A stretch of 64,000 nucleotides of DNA, taken from positions 12,352,001 to 12,416,000 of the forward strand of contig CP068257.2 in NCBI GenBank assembly GCA_009914755.4. The letters run 5' to 3'. The stretch comes from the human T2T-CHM13v2.0 reference genome, Homo sapiens. The position numbers and the translations under genes are program-made. Below are positions 13,181 through 29,200 of this stretch, piece after piece (position 1 is the stretch's first letter; the number at the start of each line of letters is the position of its first letter). Below the pieces are notes generated by a model. The model was not told where the DNA came from, did not search any database, and saw only the letters and a program-made list of their open reading frames with translations.

Positions 13181-16100
13181 ATAAGCCTCTGTTTATAAGC
13201 ATGGCTCACTCTTACTGGCTGAAGAGATTGATTTCTCTTGCCTGCCGCTCTTCATAGCCTCCATAAGGAATGTTTCAGGATGTGATTATGCTGGGGACTT
13301 AGACACACATAAGGGAAGACTTTTGCAGAGTCCTGCCATAGCATCAAAAAACAAGATATAACAAAACCAGGAGGCACAGGGACTAGAATGCAGGAGGCTC
13401 ATCACCTTTTGTTTCCCAGTCCAGTTCCCACCCAGGAGTACTCAAAACTCTGCCCAGATTCAAAATGCAAAATTAAACAGACCATATATTAACAGTTGTA
13501 TATATATTTTGCACATGAAGAAAATCATTATAGTATTACAATTGTGTGTGTATATATATAGGTCATAATTTTTCAAATGCTTGGAAATGACAAATATTAA
13601 ATTATACTTGATTGTATTAAATATATATATATATGATAAAATAAAATTCTATGATAGGGGATGTGGCATCTTGAAGGCCTAGTTGGGCTGCGTGTGCCAT
13701 TAAGATATACCGGGCTGCAGAAAAGTAAACCCCAAATAGAATATTCCTTTATCCCTTGAATGTTGGAAGGATAATTAGATCAGATATGATCACGTTAAAT
13801 TGATCAGATTGGAGCCAGTGCTAACTCAATCAACTTCCAATTCCTAAGGCAGCAGAAAGCCCAGCTGGAGAGGGAAACTTCTGCTCTATCTCACCCTCCC
13901 TCATTCATCCTGGGAGCCACACTGTGTTCTGTAGAATTTGCTCAGGATTCACAATCTGAGCTGATAAACTTACCTGGATTATCACAACCCTTACCATTTT
14001 GGTATTTTCTTTTTGTTTCTCAGTTTAAAATGGGTTGTGAATATTACTAACGCATCATAAGTTTTCAGACACCCAGTATGTCACTTGTTTGGGTCCCGTC
14101 CTAGGAAATCAATACCTAAATTCAAAAAGTCATCCTAAGATTAATCTTTGAAAGCTGCCTGTGATGATTTGGACTCACTGACCTCCCTTCTCTTCAACCT
14201 ACAGAGAAAGTGAAAGAGCTACCAAGTCTTAGGGCACATGGACAGAACCAGAAGATGCCCAGTGAAGTGCTAGGATAGGGTACAGTCCCATAGCTTTCGG
14301 GCCAAATGAGAAGGAAAAGCAGAACCTGGGACCAGGAAAGCCCCAGCAGCTCCAGACTCCAGGGCTCTTTACCAAGACTGATGGGAGGAACTAAGGCAAA
14401 GATGAGACACCTGTCACCAAGACACTTGTCTTGGCTGCTTCCACCTCTGACTCAGTTGTGTTGGTGTGAATGCAAAACTGGCTCTCTGGCTCCCAAGAAT
14501 GTATAAATCCAGGAGACAAAACCAAGCATTTGGGCACCAGGCAAGAGGTCTTTCCAGATTCCCCAGACTTTTCAGAATTCCCCAAAGATACTGAAACTCA
14601 GACCCATTCTGACCCCACCCCAAAAAGTATCATAAATGGAATCTGGGAGCCATTCAGAGTCTCCAGCCTCCTCTTTGGTGAAAATGGACTTGGACCTAAA
14701 AAGGCACCCCACTGTCCACAAGGACACAAATTCAGATGCTGAGCACTGGCCTCCTGCCTTCCGATGACGGATCTTACCTGAGTCCCATCAAAGCCCATAC
14801 TGTTCCCCAACCTCCACCATCCAGACATTAGGAACAATCCCTCAGAACTGTCTTGATGAGATGGGACAAGCAGTGGTAGAGGTCCGGGTTCAGAATGGTT
14901 GCCTCATCTTTCCCTTCTGAGAAGTCTACACCCGCTGGTCTGAGCCTTCATCCCTTACATGGCTTAGCCCATGTCCCAGGAAGTGCCCCCTAAAAGAACC
15001 TTCTAGTATTTTTCTCCCCTGAAGAGAGGGTCCATGAGACACTCTATGCCAGGAAATACATGGCCTCCATTCTCACATGACTTGATTGACTGATAAACTG
15101 ATACCCTGAGAAAGAAAAAGATGCAGGGAACATCTTGTGTGTGGTGAATCTGCGCTCCTCAGCTGTGGTGCCTGTGCAAATGGTGGAACCCAAAAGAATA
15201 TTGGGTGGTAGACACACAGACCCTACCTAATAAAATTATGTAAGTTTAAGTTTAATATAGATGGAACTTATAATGTCATATAAAATGTTGTTACTTATTT
15301 TGTAAGAAAGCTGATTTAGATTTTGTAAAGGCATTAAATATAATTTTAATGGGAAGCTATGAAAATTGTGTGCATTTGGTGTGTAAATGACTCATTTTGG
15401 GTAATTCTGTAAAGGCCACCTATGAATGTGAGTCATTAGTAACCAAATCTCCTATAGATAGCATATTGCATATGCATTTTAATGTATTCTTTTACCTGAG
15501 CTCAATTTTTCTTAATTTTATTCATCAAATTTTATACACTTTAGATAAAAGACACCTTGTAGTTACCATGTGCTCTATGGATCTCTATTTTGTTAGAAAT
15601 ACAGATTTTCAGGCAAAACCCAAGTATATTGTATCAAAATCAGGTTTTTAAATAATATTCCCAGGTGATTCACATGCATATTAATAATTGTTAAGTGGGG
15701 GTAATTCTATAATTAAAAGGGAAAAGGTTATATGAGTGTATTTATTTGTTAAAAAGGTACAGAAAAGATTGTATGTTTCAATGTATATACATCTTATCTC
15801 ATAGAAAATAACTAAAAACAATAATAAAGTGGGGATGGGGAATGAGTTGTAGTAGAAGTTAAACAGAAATGGCACATAATTAGTAGATGTTTAGGCTGAG
15901 CATCAGTCTATTATACTACATTGCTTATTGTATATATGTTTAAAATATTCTCTAATAAAATACTTGTATAAAAAGACAAACTTTATCTACAACATTAGCC
16001 CTTAAGATTGTGGTTACTTTTGGAGGGGAGGAAAAGAGAAAGTGGTTTGTGTGGCAGAAACAAGGCTAGTTCTATCCTATGCCTACACAAATGTATTTGC

Positions 16101-18677
16101 TTGTAATAATTTACTGAGCATTATGTTAATGCTTTGGACATATATTTCTGTATGCACGTCATTCAATAAAATTTAAATATTACATATTTAATCTTAACAG
16201 AATAATAGCAATGTTTGGTATTGTTTTGTTTGAAAGTGAGGCATTTAGTGTCAGACATCATGAGATGGGTATTAATATTCCAAGGTATTTATTCACATCC
16301 TGACTCTTGGGGGTCCCCCTCGATCTTTCATTTTTACCTCAATTGAGTAAGTAGCATGGTTGTAGTTTTGGGGAATGCAATTTTTTACAGCAAAGTCCTT
16401 CCTCCACGATAGTACTCACCACGGCCAGGACACTTAGCACAGGGCCCTGTACGTAGTGTGCACTCAGTGTGTGTGGAACTGGTTTGAATCAGAAACAAAA
16501 CAAGTAGCAGAGGTCAGTTCTGCAAAGGATAGAAAGTAAGTAATCAAGACTGAAAGGCCGCAACTCAGCAGCAAACACTTCTATGTTAATTTGAGAAATA
16601 ATTTCAACTGGCTCTCCAAAAGATGTTGGTTTAAAGCAGTAACATGGGAGTTGAGCTGTGTGCTATAATCACCCGAAAGCTTTAAGTCACACTGTTGCCT
16701 AGGTCTCACTCCAGAGATTCTGACTTAATTACCCCATTGCAACTTGGGTTTGAAGACTTTAAACACTCCTCTACAAGGTTATTGAAATATGCAGCCAAGG
16801 GTGAGAAGCATTGATTCAGGGTGAGGAATACATTGGCTGTATGTGATTTTCATGTGTGCTTTAGGGATTTGCCCCATAGCTGCTCCTGAATGTGGGGTCT
16901 TAGAAAACATCTTTACCCTTCAAAGCATATTCTGCTGATTGGCTAAATTGCAGCAGGAAAAAATATCAGCAGCTCTGTCTTTATGTCACTTGCCTTCAAA
17001 GCAAAAGGTTTTTCAGGCACAGTAATTTGATTTAGTCTGTGTTAAAAATCATAAATAGCCTAGAAATACAAAAAAAAAAAAAGAGACAGAGTTTGCAGAT
17101 ATGTGGAGTGCATTATAGGTGTTTTCAAATTTCTCCTATGATGAGAAATTAAAAATAGAATGTTGGGCATTAATTTCCTAAACTCAGTGCTCAGCCATTT
17201 CCTCAAATTGTTTCCAGTTTTTCCAAGAGACTTCAGAAGCATTCCCTGGAATGAATTATTTCCAATGGTGAAGAGTACTAGATGGACAGGATGAGAATCT
17301 CAAAGAAATCTTGCTTCTATTTCAGAAGTGCCACTGTGCAGCACCTTGAAGGACCAGGAAACCTGGTTGAGGAGTGTGGTCTATGGAGGTGCATAGGCTT
17401 CAGAGTCAGGCAGAGTTGATCCTGAGTCCCAGCCCAGCTGAGTTAGAAGCTGTGGGACAGTTATATAAACCTCATCTGCAAAAAAAGGCCATACTAAAAT
17501 TGATTGAAAACAACAGCAAATTTTTAAAATTTCTTCTTGTGTTCATGCCTTGACAATGGATTTTATAGTGGTTCCCATTAAGAGACAGAATTTGTTTTCC
17601 ACATCTTGAATCTTTATGGCCTTATTTGCACAGGCCAAAGCTGTGCATATGACAGTGTGCTAGTTTGGGGCCTAGGCTCAAAAAGTCTCAAATGCTTCCG
17701 TTTTCTTTTTCAGAACCCTTCCATCTCCATGAGAACAAGCCCATTTTGGCCTGCTGGGCAAAAGCCAAAATGTCCCCATTGACAGCTCACTTACAGAAGC
17801 AGAGCCACTTAATTCACCAGCCGTTCACCACTCAACGTCTGAAGGAGCCATTCTGAGCCCTGAAGAATAGCCCAGCTGAGCCCAGCCTAAATTTCTAACC
17901 AGCTCAATCATGAGCGTTTGGGATTGTTTATTATGCTTACTAATATATACAACCATTAAAGACAGGATGCCAGGATGCCAGGACAGATTGATTACAAATA
18001 ACCTGCAAATGCTTGGCACCCTGTAAGTACTGATTTTATTTGCCCTTTATTTAGAGTTAGATTTGTTGTTAGATGGTATTGAGTTATATGGAAGTGCAGG
18101 TAGATGTGGATGCATATGACTGGTGCTTAAACGCACGCAGTGCCCCACACCACAGGAGAAAAACACACAGTTACAGACAGACAATTAGGTCCAAAGCCAA
18201 ATAGCAAAATAAGGAGTTTGACTTTTATCTATTCCCTCCACATCTGAACTCTGGAGGTCAAGGCTGTAAAGAGATCTGAAGACATGGTGTTCTCCCCTCC
18301 TGGGGCCCCATCATTTTTTGTTTACTGTTTGATATTTGAAAGGAAGAGAAACTCCCATCAAACAGCAACTGGGAGACAGTGGTCTCTACGTGACACTCTC
18401 TGCTTGCAGCCCCTGATCTCTCTAGGGGCACTGACCCTCCCACCCTTGAGCCTGAGGAGAAAAGTTAGTAGAGAGAGGCCAGTAGTTGGTAGGGAGAGAG
18501 CCCACTTCCAGCAGAAAAGAGGTGTTCAGGCCTTCACCTCCCTGAGATCGGAGCATCAGAGCCCTCATGGCTGCTGGTTTGAAGTAAAATGTGCTGCAAA
18601 CATAAAATACACAGCGAGTTTAAAAGATTTAGATCCAAAATATTTATAATTATTTGTTGACCACACATGAAAAATAA

Positions 18678-19012
<335 letters not shown>

Positions 19013-19379
19013 AGTCTTTTTATTACTATTTTTGATCTGGCTAATAAAACATTTAAAATTCACAATAGCTAACGTTTTATTTTTTAGAGGATTGCTTCTC
19101 TCTTAAAATCTTAGGTGTCCCACTCCAAAGACCGGCGGCCAGAAAGGTTATGAAATCTGAAATATTAAATAATTGTCATTATATTGCTTCCATTTGTGAA
19201 CAACGTGTGTGTGTGTTTTATAAACGAACATAACCTTCATAACGTTATACACCACAATGCTAAAAAATGACCCCTGGTTAGAGCCAGGCGCAGCACAGAC
19301 AGAAAGCCCTGCCTGAAAGTGACTGGAGCCAAGAGCCTGACACTCTCGGCTCATTCCGTACAGTGTATGGTAGCATCTT

Positions 19380-19990
19380 CTGACACGCAAGGCCTGAGGG
19401 CGCGGTGCCTGCACTACTATCCAATCAGGGCGCTGGGGTGGGAACTGTCCAATCAGGCGCGCAGCCAGGGAGGAAGGGGCGGCTTCCGGAATCTGGCGCG
19501 GCCTTTGTCTCACTTCAGCCAGAGAGCGGGGTTAGGGCTTCATTGCCTTGTGTCCTCTGCTCCGGGAGACTTCGGTGATTCTGCCACTCCCTCCGTCGCT
19601 CTGTGACCTGCTGGCATTGAATGATTTATAGCTAAGACTCCAGGACACCCCTGAAGCCGAGAAATGGTGAGTGTGGGGGGCAGGGCGTCCCGAGACTGGG
19701 GAGGGGACTCCTTGGAACCGGCTGGACATGGCGGTGACGGGACCTAGTCTGCGAGTCGAGTCCTCTGCAGCTCAGCCCTCAGTCCCCTCCGGTGCAGGGA
19801 CTCCGGGCGTCCTGTCCTGTCCCTGCACGGCGGCTTTGGCCCCAGCCTGTAGCCCTCTTTGCGCAGCTCTGCGCCCGCAGCCCTGCATCTTCCCCAGGTT
19901 GTGAGGTGATGAGGCGAAAGTCATCGGAAAGACGCCGACTCGGTGTGCAGGGTTCCTGCGTGGAAGGAGCTGTGGTCCGTGGGGTCCCCC
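19380..19990 (+). promoter_or_regulatory. CpG-island promoter with two CCAAT boxes (19421-19425, 19449-19453; on the + strand, i.e. in the direct orientation) and an ETS-like CTTCCGG site (19483-19489)
   Basis: local CpG density is far above the surrounding sequence; tandem CCAATCAG motifs 24 bp apart; no TATA box. Confidence 0.5.
19530..19666 (+). other. putative first exon (5'UTR ending exactly at ATG 19664-19666) with a consensus GTGAGT donor at 19667; the 5' boundary is only approximate
   Basis: gccgagaaATG|gtgagtg; the island sits upstream; no downstream exons could be assigned. Confidence 0.3.
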
Positions 19991-22900
19991 GTCCCTACCT
20001 TACCCTGTTCAGAATTAGACTGAGGCACCATTAAAACATAGACAGCTTATATGAGTAAACAGTGATTAATTAATGGGACAGCGCTCAGCAATGGTTTGTG
20101 GTTTGGGGGCTACTAGAAGGTCTTGAAAGAAAGGCTTGTATAAGGTGTGTGAGGAAGCAAAGACAATTAAATAATTGGGTACAGTTATGTAGTCGCTTTA
20201 TTTGGAGTGTCTGGGTGGAAATTTCCTGGTTATGTAATCAGGGATTAATTGGAGGTTTGTAGTTGTTTAAGCTTGAATTTCGTTTCCTCCTAAGGTAGTA
20301 ACTTAGAAAAAATGCATTTGAGTTAGGTTTCTTTTTTTACATAGAGGCCTAGACCACTAGAGCCATTTCAATCTAATTGACTGCTATGTAATTATTTTAA
20401 CTTTAATCAAAGACACTGGTTTTCGCCTGCATTTTCCAAATGTGTGGCAAGCAGGGTCTCACATCCACTACTCTGTTCTGCCAGCCTAACCTGGCTTGAA
20501 GTAAAATCTTAAATTTCCGGTTTCTTGCTGACATTCCCCAAAGCCAACTTCTCCCCTCCCATACATTATCAACTATTTTTGTCCTTTATTGCACATTTCA
20601 GAAACAGTATTTTAATTAATCACTTTTTCACAGAGCAGTGGATGGCAATTTGTAAAATACTTGTTTTCTACTTACAAATATTTCACATGAGAAAAAAGCA
20701 GAAAATAATCCCCTGGCACTCAGCTGTAAAAAATCTTTCTGCTGTTTCTCCTTGTATCCTCCCTTAGCACAAACGCCCTTAGTAGGACATCTTGGGATTG
20801 AGGTTTTCCTTGGGAAACTTTATGGGGCAATGTTTCCTTAGCCACATTCGGGCCTTTTTCTAGTCCTGAGTTTTAGAACTGTCTTGAGATGGCCCAAGAT
20901 ACAAACCAGAGCCATGTCTTTTGGGAGTTCTGGTGAATATCAGCCCTTTGGTAATCTTCCAGAGGACACAATGAGGGATGGGAGTACAGCTTCTCAAAGG
21001 AGCAGCTGAATGCCCTGGGGGTGAGAGAAATATCCAGGCTTACCCTTCCTGTAAAAAAAGAATCCCTTGGGATTTTTAAGATTTTTTTTTTTTTTTTTTC
21101 CCCCAACCCCAGTTTTCATTCCATGGAAACACATTGCTTGTCAGCCAATCAGATGCTGGTATTCAGAGAAAAAGATAGACTATTCCTGTCTTCTGAATTG
21201 TCTTATATTTGCGAAGGGAGAGAAACTAACCTGAAGGACAAGAAAAACCCACCCCAGGGAGGCAGTGCAAGAACCTGCAAAGCAAAAAGCGGAGTGGGGC
21301 ACAGTGCAGTGTCTCCTGGGAGGGTGGGCATTGAGCACTTCAGTGAGGAGTATGGGGGTGAGAGAAAGTCCCAAGGGATAAGGTGGCCTGATTTGACACT
21401 TGAGTCAGATGTCCCTGTTCCAGAAAGCACTGCCACTCCCTGAGTTCGTCCCCCTGTATAGATTTGCTCACTTATTTCAACTTCGGTTTTTTTAATTAAC
21501 TGTAAATTGGATCTCAAAGGATAGGCAGAAAAGGGCTTTTAAAAAAAGTTGGAAAGAGCAAATCAGATTAGAAGGAAGGTGAGAGAGGGTGGGCAGAATG
21601 AAGGGTGGCAAAATCAGATTCTAAATCAGAGAGCGTTCAACCCTGAAGTCAGCTTTTTCTTAGGAGGTTAATAAAGAGAGATTGAATGTTGAATCAGGCT
21701 GAGAATAGGTCAAAGTTCAGGGATCTGAACAAATAGGCTTTTTTTTTTTTTTTTTTTTTACCATCGAAGATGAAATTGTTCAGCCAATTGTATATGAGAA
21801 AAAGATGGAAATGTGTGGTCCGTGTCTGACTCTGTGGTAGGTTTAGAAAAAAAGAAGAGAGAGTATTATTGAAGTCACAATGGGAAGGGTGTCTCTTTTC
21901 GTTAAGCTGATTTCGGAGAACAAAAAGCATGAGGAATTTTTTGTCACAGCTATTTAGCAGAATTACCTACCTGCCCCAGCTTTCACCACCACTTTTTCTT
22001 GCCCTATGCATCTCTGCCATGTGGCTGTTCCTGAGCTGTATCTTCAATAATAAACTGGTATATGTAAGTACAGTGCTTTGCTGAGTTCTGTGAATAGTTC
22101 TATCAAATTATTGAGCTTGAGGAGGGGAATGTGGAAGCCCTTGATTTGTAGGAAGTAGTTGAGAAATAAAGATAGGTATCCAGAGGCATGTGACTGGCAT
22201 CGGCAGTGGGGACAGTGTTATGGGACTTAGCCTGAACTTGTGGGATCTATGCTGACTCCGGGCGGTGTTGGAATTGAGGTGTTGGACAGCTAGTTGGTGT
22301 TGGATAATTGGTTGGTGTTCAGCAAACTCCTTACGTTTTGTGTCAGAAGAAAGACATCACTGGGGCCTGGTCTACAAGGAGACTCCAGGTGTCTGAGGGA
22401 AGTGAGGCTTTGTTCTGCACACAGGCTTGTCGTCACCCTGTGCGTTGTCCTGTAATTCCAGGTCTCCTCCTACTGTGAGATGGAACGAGAGCTTAGAGTG
22501 AAGGAGCTCTGAGAACCTATTCCCTCCCCTGACCCTGCTGCCAGCCCCTACATGCTTCTAACCCACTCCTGAACATAACCACTAAAAATTGATCTGGCTA
22601 CATTCCTCCCACGACAAAGTTTTACCCTCAGGAATTGTGCTCACAACAGCTTTCCTCCTAGAGATTTCTGCCGAGAACATACACAGGTGCCTAGAAGACT
22701 CCTGGCTTATCTAAACTGTAGACAATGAATCTCTATCGGGAACCTGTTTTTTTCACCAACCCAGGTTTCTTGGACTACCTGATCATAATCTCTTCTGATT
22801 GTGTGAACACAGGAATAAGTCAGAACATAGCGCTGCCTGAGCCTGTATCTGTAGCACAAACCAGTTCCTTAACCAATTCTGCCCTGCATCCCCACCCATA

Positions 22901-23220
22901 GTTCTTGATAGCATCTTTCTCTTTTCTGCTTTTTTCTTCCCCACAAATCCTCTTTCACGTGTACACAGTGTGCCCAAGGCCATCCCTCCAGTGCCTGAAT
23001 CCAGTGCCTACTAGAAGTCAGATGTTAATGAGTTCAAGACCATGCCTTTAGACCCGGCTATTGTAGGAGCAAATACAAATTAGAAAGAAAAGGTTTAATG
23101 CTTTCTCTTTAAAATGAGGGAAGAATTTTTGCTCTTCTTTCTTTTCTTAAAGCATTTAGTTTGAAAACCTTTCTCTACTTCTTTGAAATATATGTAAATC
23201 ATTTTTATCAGTTAAATAGG

Positions 23221-23228
23221 TCATTTGG

Positions 23229-23268
<40 letters not shown>
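23221..23268. repeat. (TG)n microsatellite, about 23 units
   Basis: direct reading. Confidence 0.95.
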
Positions 23269-23274
<6 letters not shown>

Positions 23275-23602
23275 TTGACTCAGAATTGTCTTAATCTAGG
23301 ACCTGGGAACTATTGCTTTGAAATGTAATTAGCAAGTTTATACACCCTATCCCACAGTTTCTGTAGGAGAGTAGAAGGCTGCCTTCAGCAGGTGTCTAAC
23401 TCCACATTGCAACACTACCTCCTGTCATGAAGATGAGGGAAGTTTATTTTTCCTTTAAACATTACCAATTAGAAAACCCAGATGACAGCCCAAATTATAA
23501 TAAGCTGTGTATGACAAATGGTACAGTTGAGTACTAATTATGTTGACCTTTCTCTGTTTGCAATCTCTTAGTATATTGCCTGTGATGCACATCACATTTT
23601 AG

Positions 23603-23970
<368 letters not shown>

Positions 23971-25953
23971 GGTGGAGAGTTTTTTAGGGTCAGAAATGAG
24001 TTTGCTTTCAGTTATGTTTTCCACACTGTCCAGCATTACTACATGTTATACACAAGGTGCCCAACAGGCTTCACTTTAGAGAGAACTTTCTTTCTCAGGA
24101 TTCCAGTCCCAACCCACAATTGTGCAGCAAAGTGCCCCCCAAATCTTCAAACAGAATGGTCTCTCTTTGGAATCTACAGTCCCTTCTAGAGCAGGGAGAG
24201 TAGATTTTTACAAAAATAACTTTTCAGGATAGCAGTCAAGTATTCCACCTCCGTTAGTGCTCCTGGCATCTTCACATCTGACACTGATTCAGAGATCATG
24301 GGGCACATAAACCCAATTAGGATCACACATGTGCATTAATTAAACCTGAAAAGTTCAACTCCCTCCCACCTCCCCTTGCCCAAATGCCCACACATGTGCC
24401 ACCGCTCATCAGCCCTTCAAGACCTAAATGTGCAGCTCCAGATTTTGAATTTATGTCCTGGGATTTGAGAGAAGAAAAGGTGTTGAAGGAGCCTCCATGA
24501 GAAGATCTTTCCTCTGGTTTTACTCTGCTTGCTGTAACCCCCAAGAATGCAGAGGCACATTGATCCCACCTAGAATCTGCACATAAAAGCTGGCCTCTGC
24601 CTAGGATTCACAAGACAGGGCCAGACTTTGGGTTGAAGACATACAGAAAACTCACAGAAGACATTTTCTGCATCATAAGAGGTCAACATAGACATCTTAA
24701 GCATCAGTTTCAGAGTGGAGCCCTTTGAGTTTTCCAGATCTTGTCCAGTGACCTGCTGCAGCTCTGTGAGAGGCTTCTGGTGTCAACAGAATCCTGTAAG
24801 TTAAACAAGCACCTTAGCAGTGGGAGGTCAGAGCTACAAAATAACCAGAGCCATAATCACAACTGTGCCTCCTTGTAAACTGTTAGTGGAGTAGAGTATT
24901 TTTGTTCTTCCCCTTACCTCAGACTTAGCTGGACAGGGACGGGATATTACAGCTAGATTCGGGATCTGTCGCTCCACCAGAGCAGAACCATTTTCTATAA
25001 TATTTGCACCCCACAAAGCCTGAGTGTCTCCTGTCTCAGGATCATTATGGAGGCATCAGCCCATAGTCACTGGGGACGCTCTCACCAGCACCTGTGAATT
25101 TTGGAGACATTTGAGGATGTCCTGTGCAAATTGGGGTCTGTCTGACTACAAGGTTTAATTCTGCCCCCATTTTAGAGGAAGAGAAATGGTTCAGCCAGGG
25201 TTTGTTCCTCCCCTCACAGAAATAATTTCCTTGATTTGTACCCAGATGGGAGTTGCTTCAGTTTTCTGGTTCTTTGGTGAAAAATGAGGAGATCTGGAGA
25301 CTCAAACTGGTCAATAAGCTAATTGCTTCTATTTCATATGTCATTAGAAAAAGAGATGAAGCAGTCATGGTCCCTACCATGAAGGAACTTGCAGTCTAGA
25401 GCACATGAATAAGTAGTTGAATTCAGCATCATGTGTTAAGCACAAAGACGGAAGGTGTAGAGGAGACTTAAGCTTCATTTGGGTCACATCCCTTGTTTTG
25501 AGTTTTGATGCCACCAACTGAAGGTCTATTCAAGGACAGAAGAGAAGTTATTATTTGTATTGTTTTTACCTTGCTAAGAATAAATATTTACCTTCTAATA
25601 TAATTGCTCTAGGAAAACGTAAGGGTTTTGGTTAAATTCCTTCTTATCGTATGTTACAAAATAGGGAAGTGGCTAAAATAGATTAAAATTGCACAAACTC
25701 TGAAAATCAGATTTCTCTTGGTCAGGCTTAGAAAAGATAAAACTGAAAATTCTTAGCAGCATGGAGATCTGTCCCAACCCTGCGCAGATCCACCCTCTAC
25801 TGCTAAACTTTCTCCAGGTCTGATCCCACACTGAAATCTCTCACAGAACTGCCTAGAGGAGATCAGAGTTTGGAGTGACTACCCCTACTGCCTCTCCACA
25901 GCTGGTGCTCACAATTTCCTGAAACCCAAAAGGAGATAAAAGGGGAAAAACTA

Positions 25954-26291
<338 letters not shown>

Positions 26292-29200
26292 AAAACCAGT
26301 GTTTCTAGAGACATCCCATCCAGCAACCTGTTCTCCATTCCTGCAGTTTCAATGATTTCTTCACAAGTCTCAAAGTAAATACAAACACTGAATTGCAGTT
26401 AACAGTTCCTTTCTGTATCTCTCCATCTGTCTAAAATGAGCTATTATTCTATACATTTTATTTTAAAATCAATGATAGGAAAACAGAAGAAATAGAAATG
26501 GCAGGCCCTGCATTTAAATCCTGGGAAGTGTGGGACAATTAGTACCCACCTCTGCAGAAACCTGTTATGAGAATTAACACATAATGTGAGCTTCCCAGCA
26601 CAGTGCTCTGTGACATACTCCTGAGCACATAGTACATGCTCCATAAACATTGCATTAATGCTTGTGCACATGTTTTTCAACTGCAGACTTATTCAGACAT
26701 TGCCATTATCTCCAGCCTGTGTAAACTATGTAAAAGGGCCTGCAGAGAATGCCAAGTTTCAGGCTGATGATTGGTGGTCTTTTCTTTGGATGAAGGATAT
26801 GTGTGTTGTGATAAGGGTGTTGGGATAAGGGATTCTGTGAAAATTTCTGAAGCTTTTATGAGGAAAAAATCCGTGCCTGCAATATTTATAATTTAGTTTA
26901 ATCATTAAAAAATACTTGTTCATCAAATAATGAGTATACAAATTAACTTAAATCCACTTAGATGCTCACATAGGATGAAAGAAACTTTCAGTATAGTTAT
27001 ATTCATGACAATAAATACTTTGGTGTTCAGCTTCCTGAAAGCCACCTTACACTGCACGGAGTTAAATTTAGTGCTTGCAATCCTTGCCACTGAAAGATCC
27101 AAGGACCAGCAGCATCAACATTACCAGGGAGTTTGATAGATTCGCACAGTCCCAAATACTGCACCAGAATTATGGACTCAGAATCTCCATTTTGACAGGA
27201 TCCCCAGGCTGTGTCTATGCATAATGGTGTTTGTGAGGCTAGGAGCTGGTGTCAGATCTGGTAGTGCAAGGCACCTTCCTCCTCCTTGAATATTTATAGC
27301 TAAATGGTCAGTTTCTCTAAACCAGCATATAGGTAGGGCAAAGAAGCATTTTGGATGATAGCTACAATTGAGTGAAATGTTAAACACATGTGATTATATT
27401 AAATAATTATATCCAAGTCTCTTACTCAGCAATTTAATTCTTAGTGGCATTTTATCTTGCAAACATTTGCCACACGTTAGTATGTGATTTGTTTACACCT
27501 GTCTCACTTGAATATTTGGTAAAACATTACTTTTACTCTAATCCTGTTGAAGTAATAGAAGGAAATCTATTTTCATGTACTCACTCATTGAATAAGCATT
27601 TAATGAGCAGAAAGGTCAATTAAGAGTCTGTTACATTCTTGCTGGCAAAAGATGGCAAGGGCCAAAGGTGGGGCCAGAAGTTCTCGAGCTTTTAGATGGA
27701 GTCAGCTTCATACCCAGGCAGGAGGGCAAGGGTACAGAGAATCCACAGAATCTGAAGGCTCCTACATACTTTATCTACAATGTTCTTCATGTCATTCCAC
27801 TTTGCGTACAATATTGCAATTATTGCTTTAAATGAACAAATTTCTAAGATATCCTCGTCTATCCATTCATTACACTGTAAAAAATGAATTAAATCCTTTA
27901 TTATACAAGCATCTTAGACAGAAATCAAATGTAATTCATCGCACATGCTGTCAGCTAATTAAAGTATTTGTACCACAGATTCCTCAGCCTTTTATATAAA
28001 CTTGGAGGAGCACTGGGGTCTTATTCCAGGAGAAAAGCAAATGAATCTGCATTTTCCTCTTATTTAATTTATGCCACAATAACAGTAGCTTCAGTGCAGA
28101 GCTGCAGCTTCAAGCTTTACATTTACCCTGGAAGGTAAATGTGCACCTTCCGAAAACTGCCTGCAAGTAAAAAGAAGGAAATTACACGTTAAAAAATTTT
28201 TAAATTGGGAAGAACTGGTTTTTCCTCCTCCTGCTACATTCAGAGTTCTGTCTTAAGTATCATTCCCCCTCACCTTGCTATTTACTTTTCTCCTGATCTC
28301 AGCCCAGTGGGAACTGAGATACTGGAGAAAGTCTATTTTTTCCCTAGTTTTACAGTGTGACAGAAGAAAGTTTAAGTGATAGGCAAATGAAGGAAATGCA
28401 AGTCCTCAATATTCAGAACTAATTTACCAGGTTCTTGGCATGCTGAGAAACTCACTAGGTTTGTGGTCTTTTTGTGAATAAGAGCACATTTTCACCTAGG
28501 ACTGGCAGGTGGTCACAGCTCAGCTAAAGAGAGTCCCATTAGACAGCTCATTCTGCTGTCATGTAACTAAGTGATTTTTTTCCCTGAAAGTTTATGTACT
28601 ATATTCTATATAGAACACTATATAGAACATTTGCGCCTCATGCAGGGAACTGTTATTGTGGCATAAATTTAATTTAGCATTTTGACTTAAAAATTATTGG
28701 GCAAGTACTGTGTGCAGGATGCTCCTAAGTAATTGGCAGTGGCTATAAATACTTTAAGCAATTTTTCCAACCCTATGCTGGGAAGAATTCCTGCCACAAC
28801 ATATCATAAAGGTAGTAAGGGCAGTAAAGAGCCCTAGAAGCTCAGTGTTGAAAGAAACATCTACCGGTTATCTAGTGCAGCTACCTTCTGATGCTTAAAT
28901 TCGCTTCTGCAATAGAAGGGTTGAATGCTAGTTTAGTCTCTGCTTGACTGTCTGTGGGGACAGGGAGCTCTCCACTTGATGAAAGATCTTTAGACCTCTG
29001 AGACACCTTAGTATGTTTGTGTTCTCACCCCCTTATTTCATGGTATATCCTTTGGTTTAACATAACAAGTCGATTCCCTCTCCCACATTAGGTCCTTTTA
29101 CATACTTTAAGATACTTATTTTTAATTTTCATGACATTTCTCTTACAGCTTAAAAATCCCAGGCTATTTATTATTATTATATTATTTTTCTCATATATAA

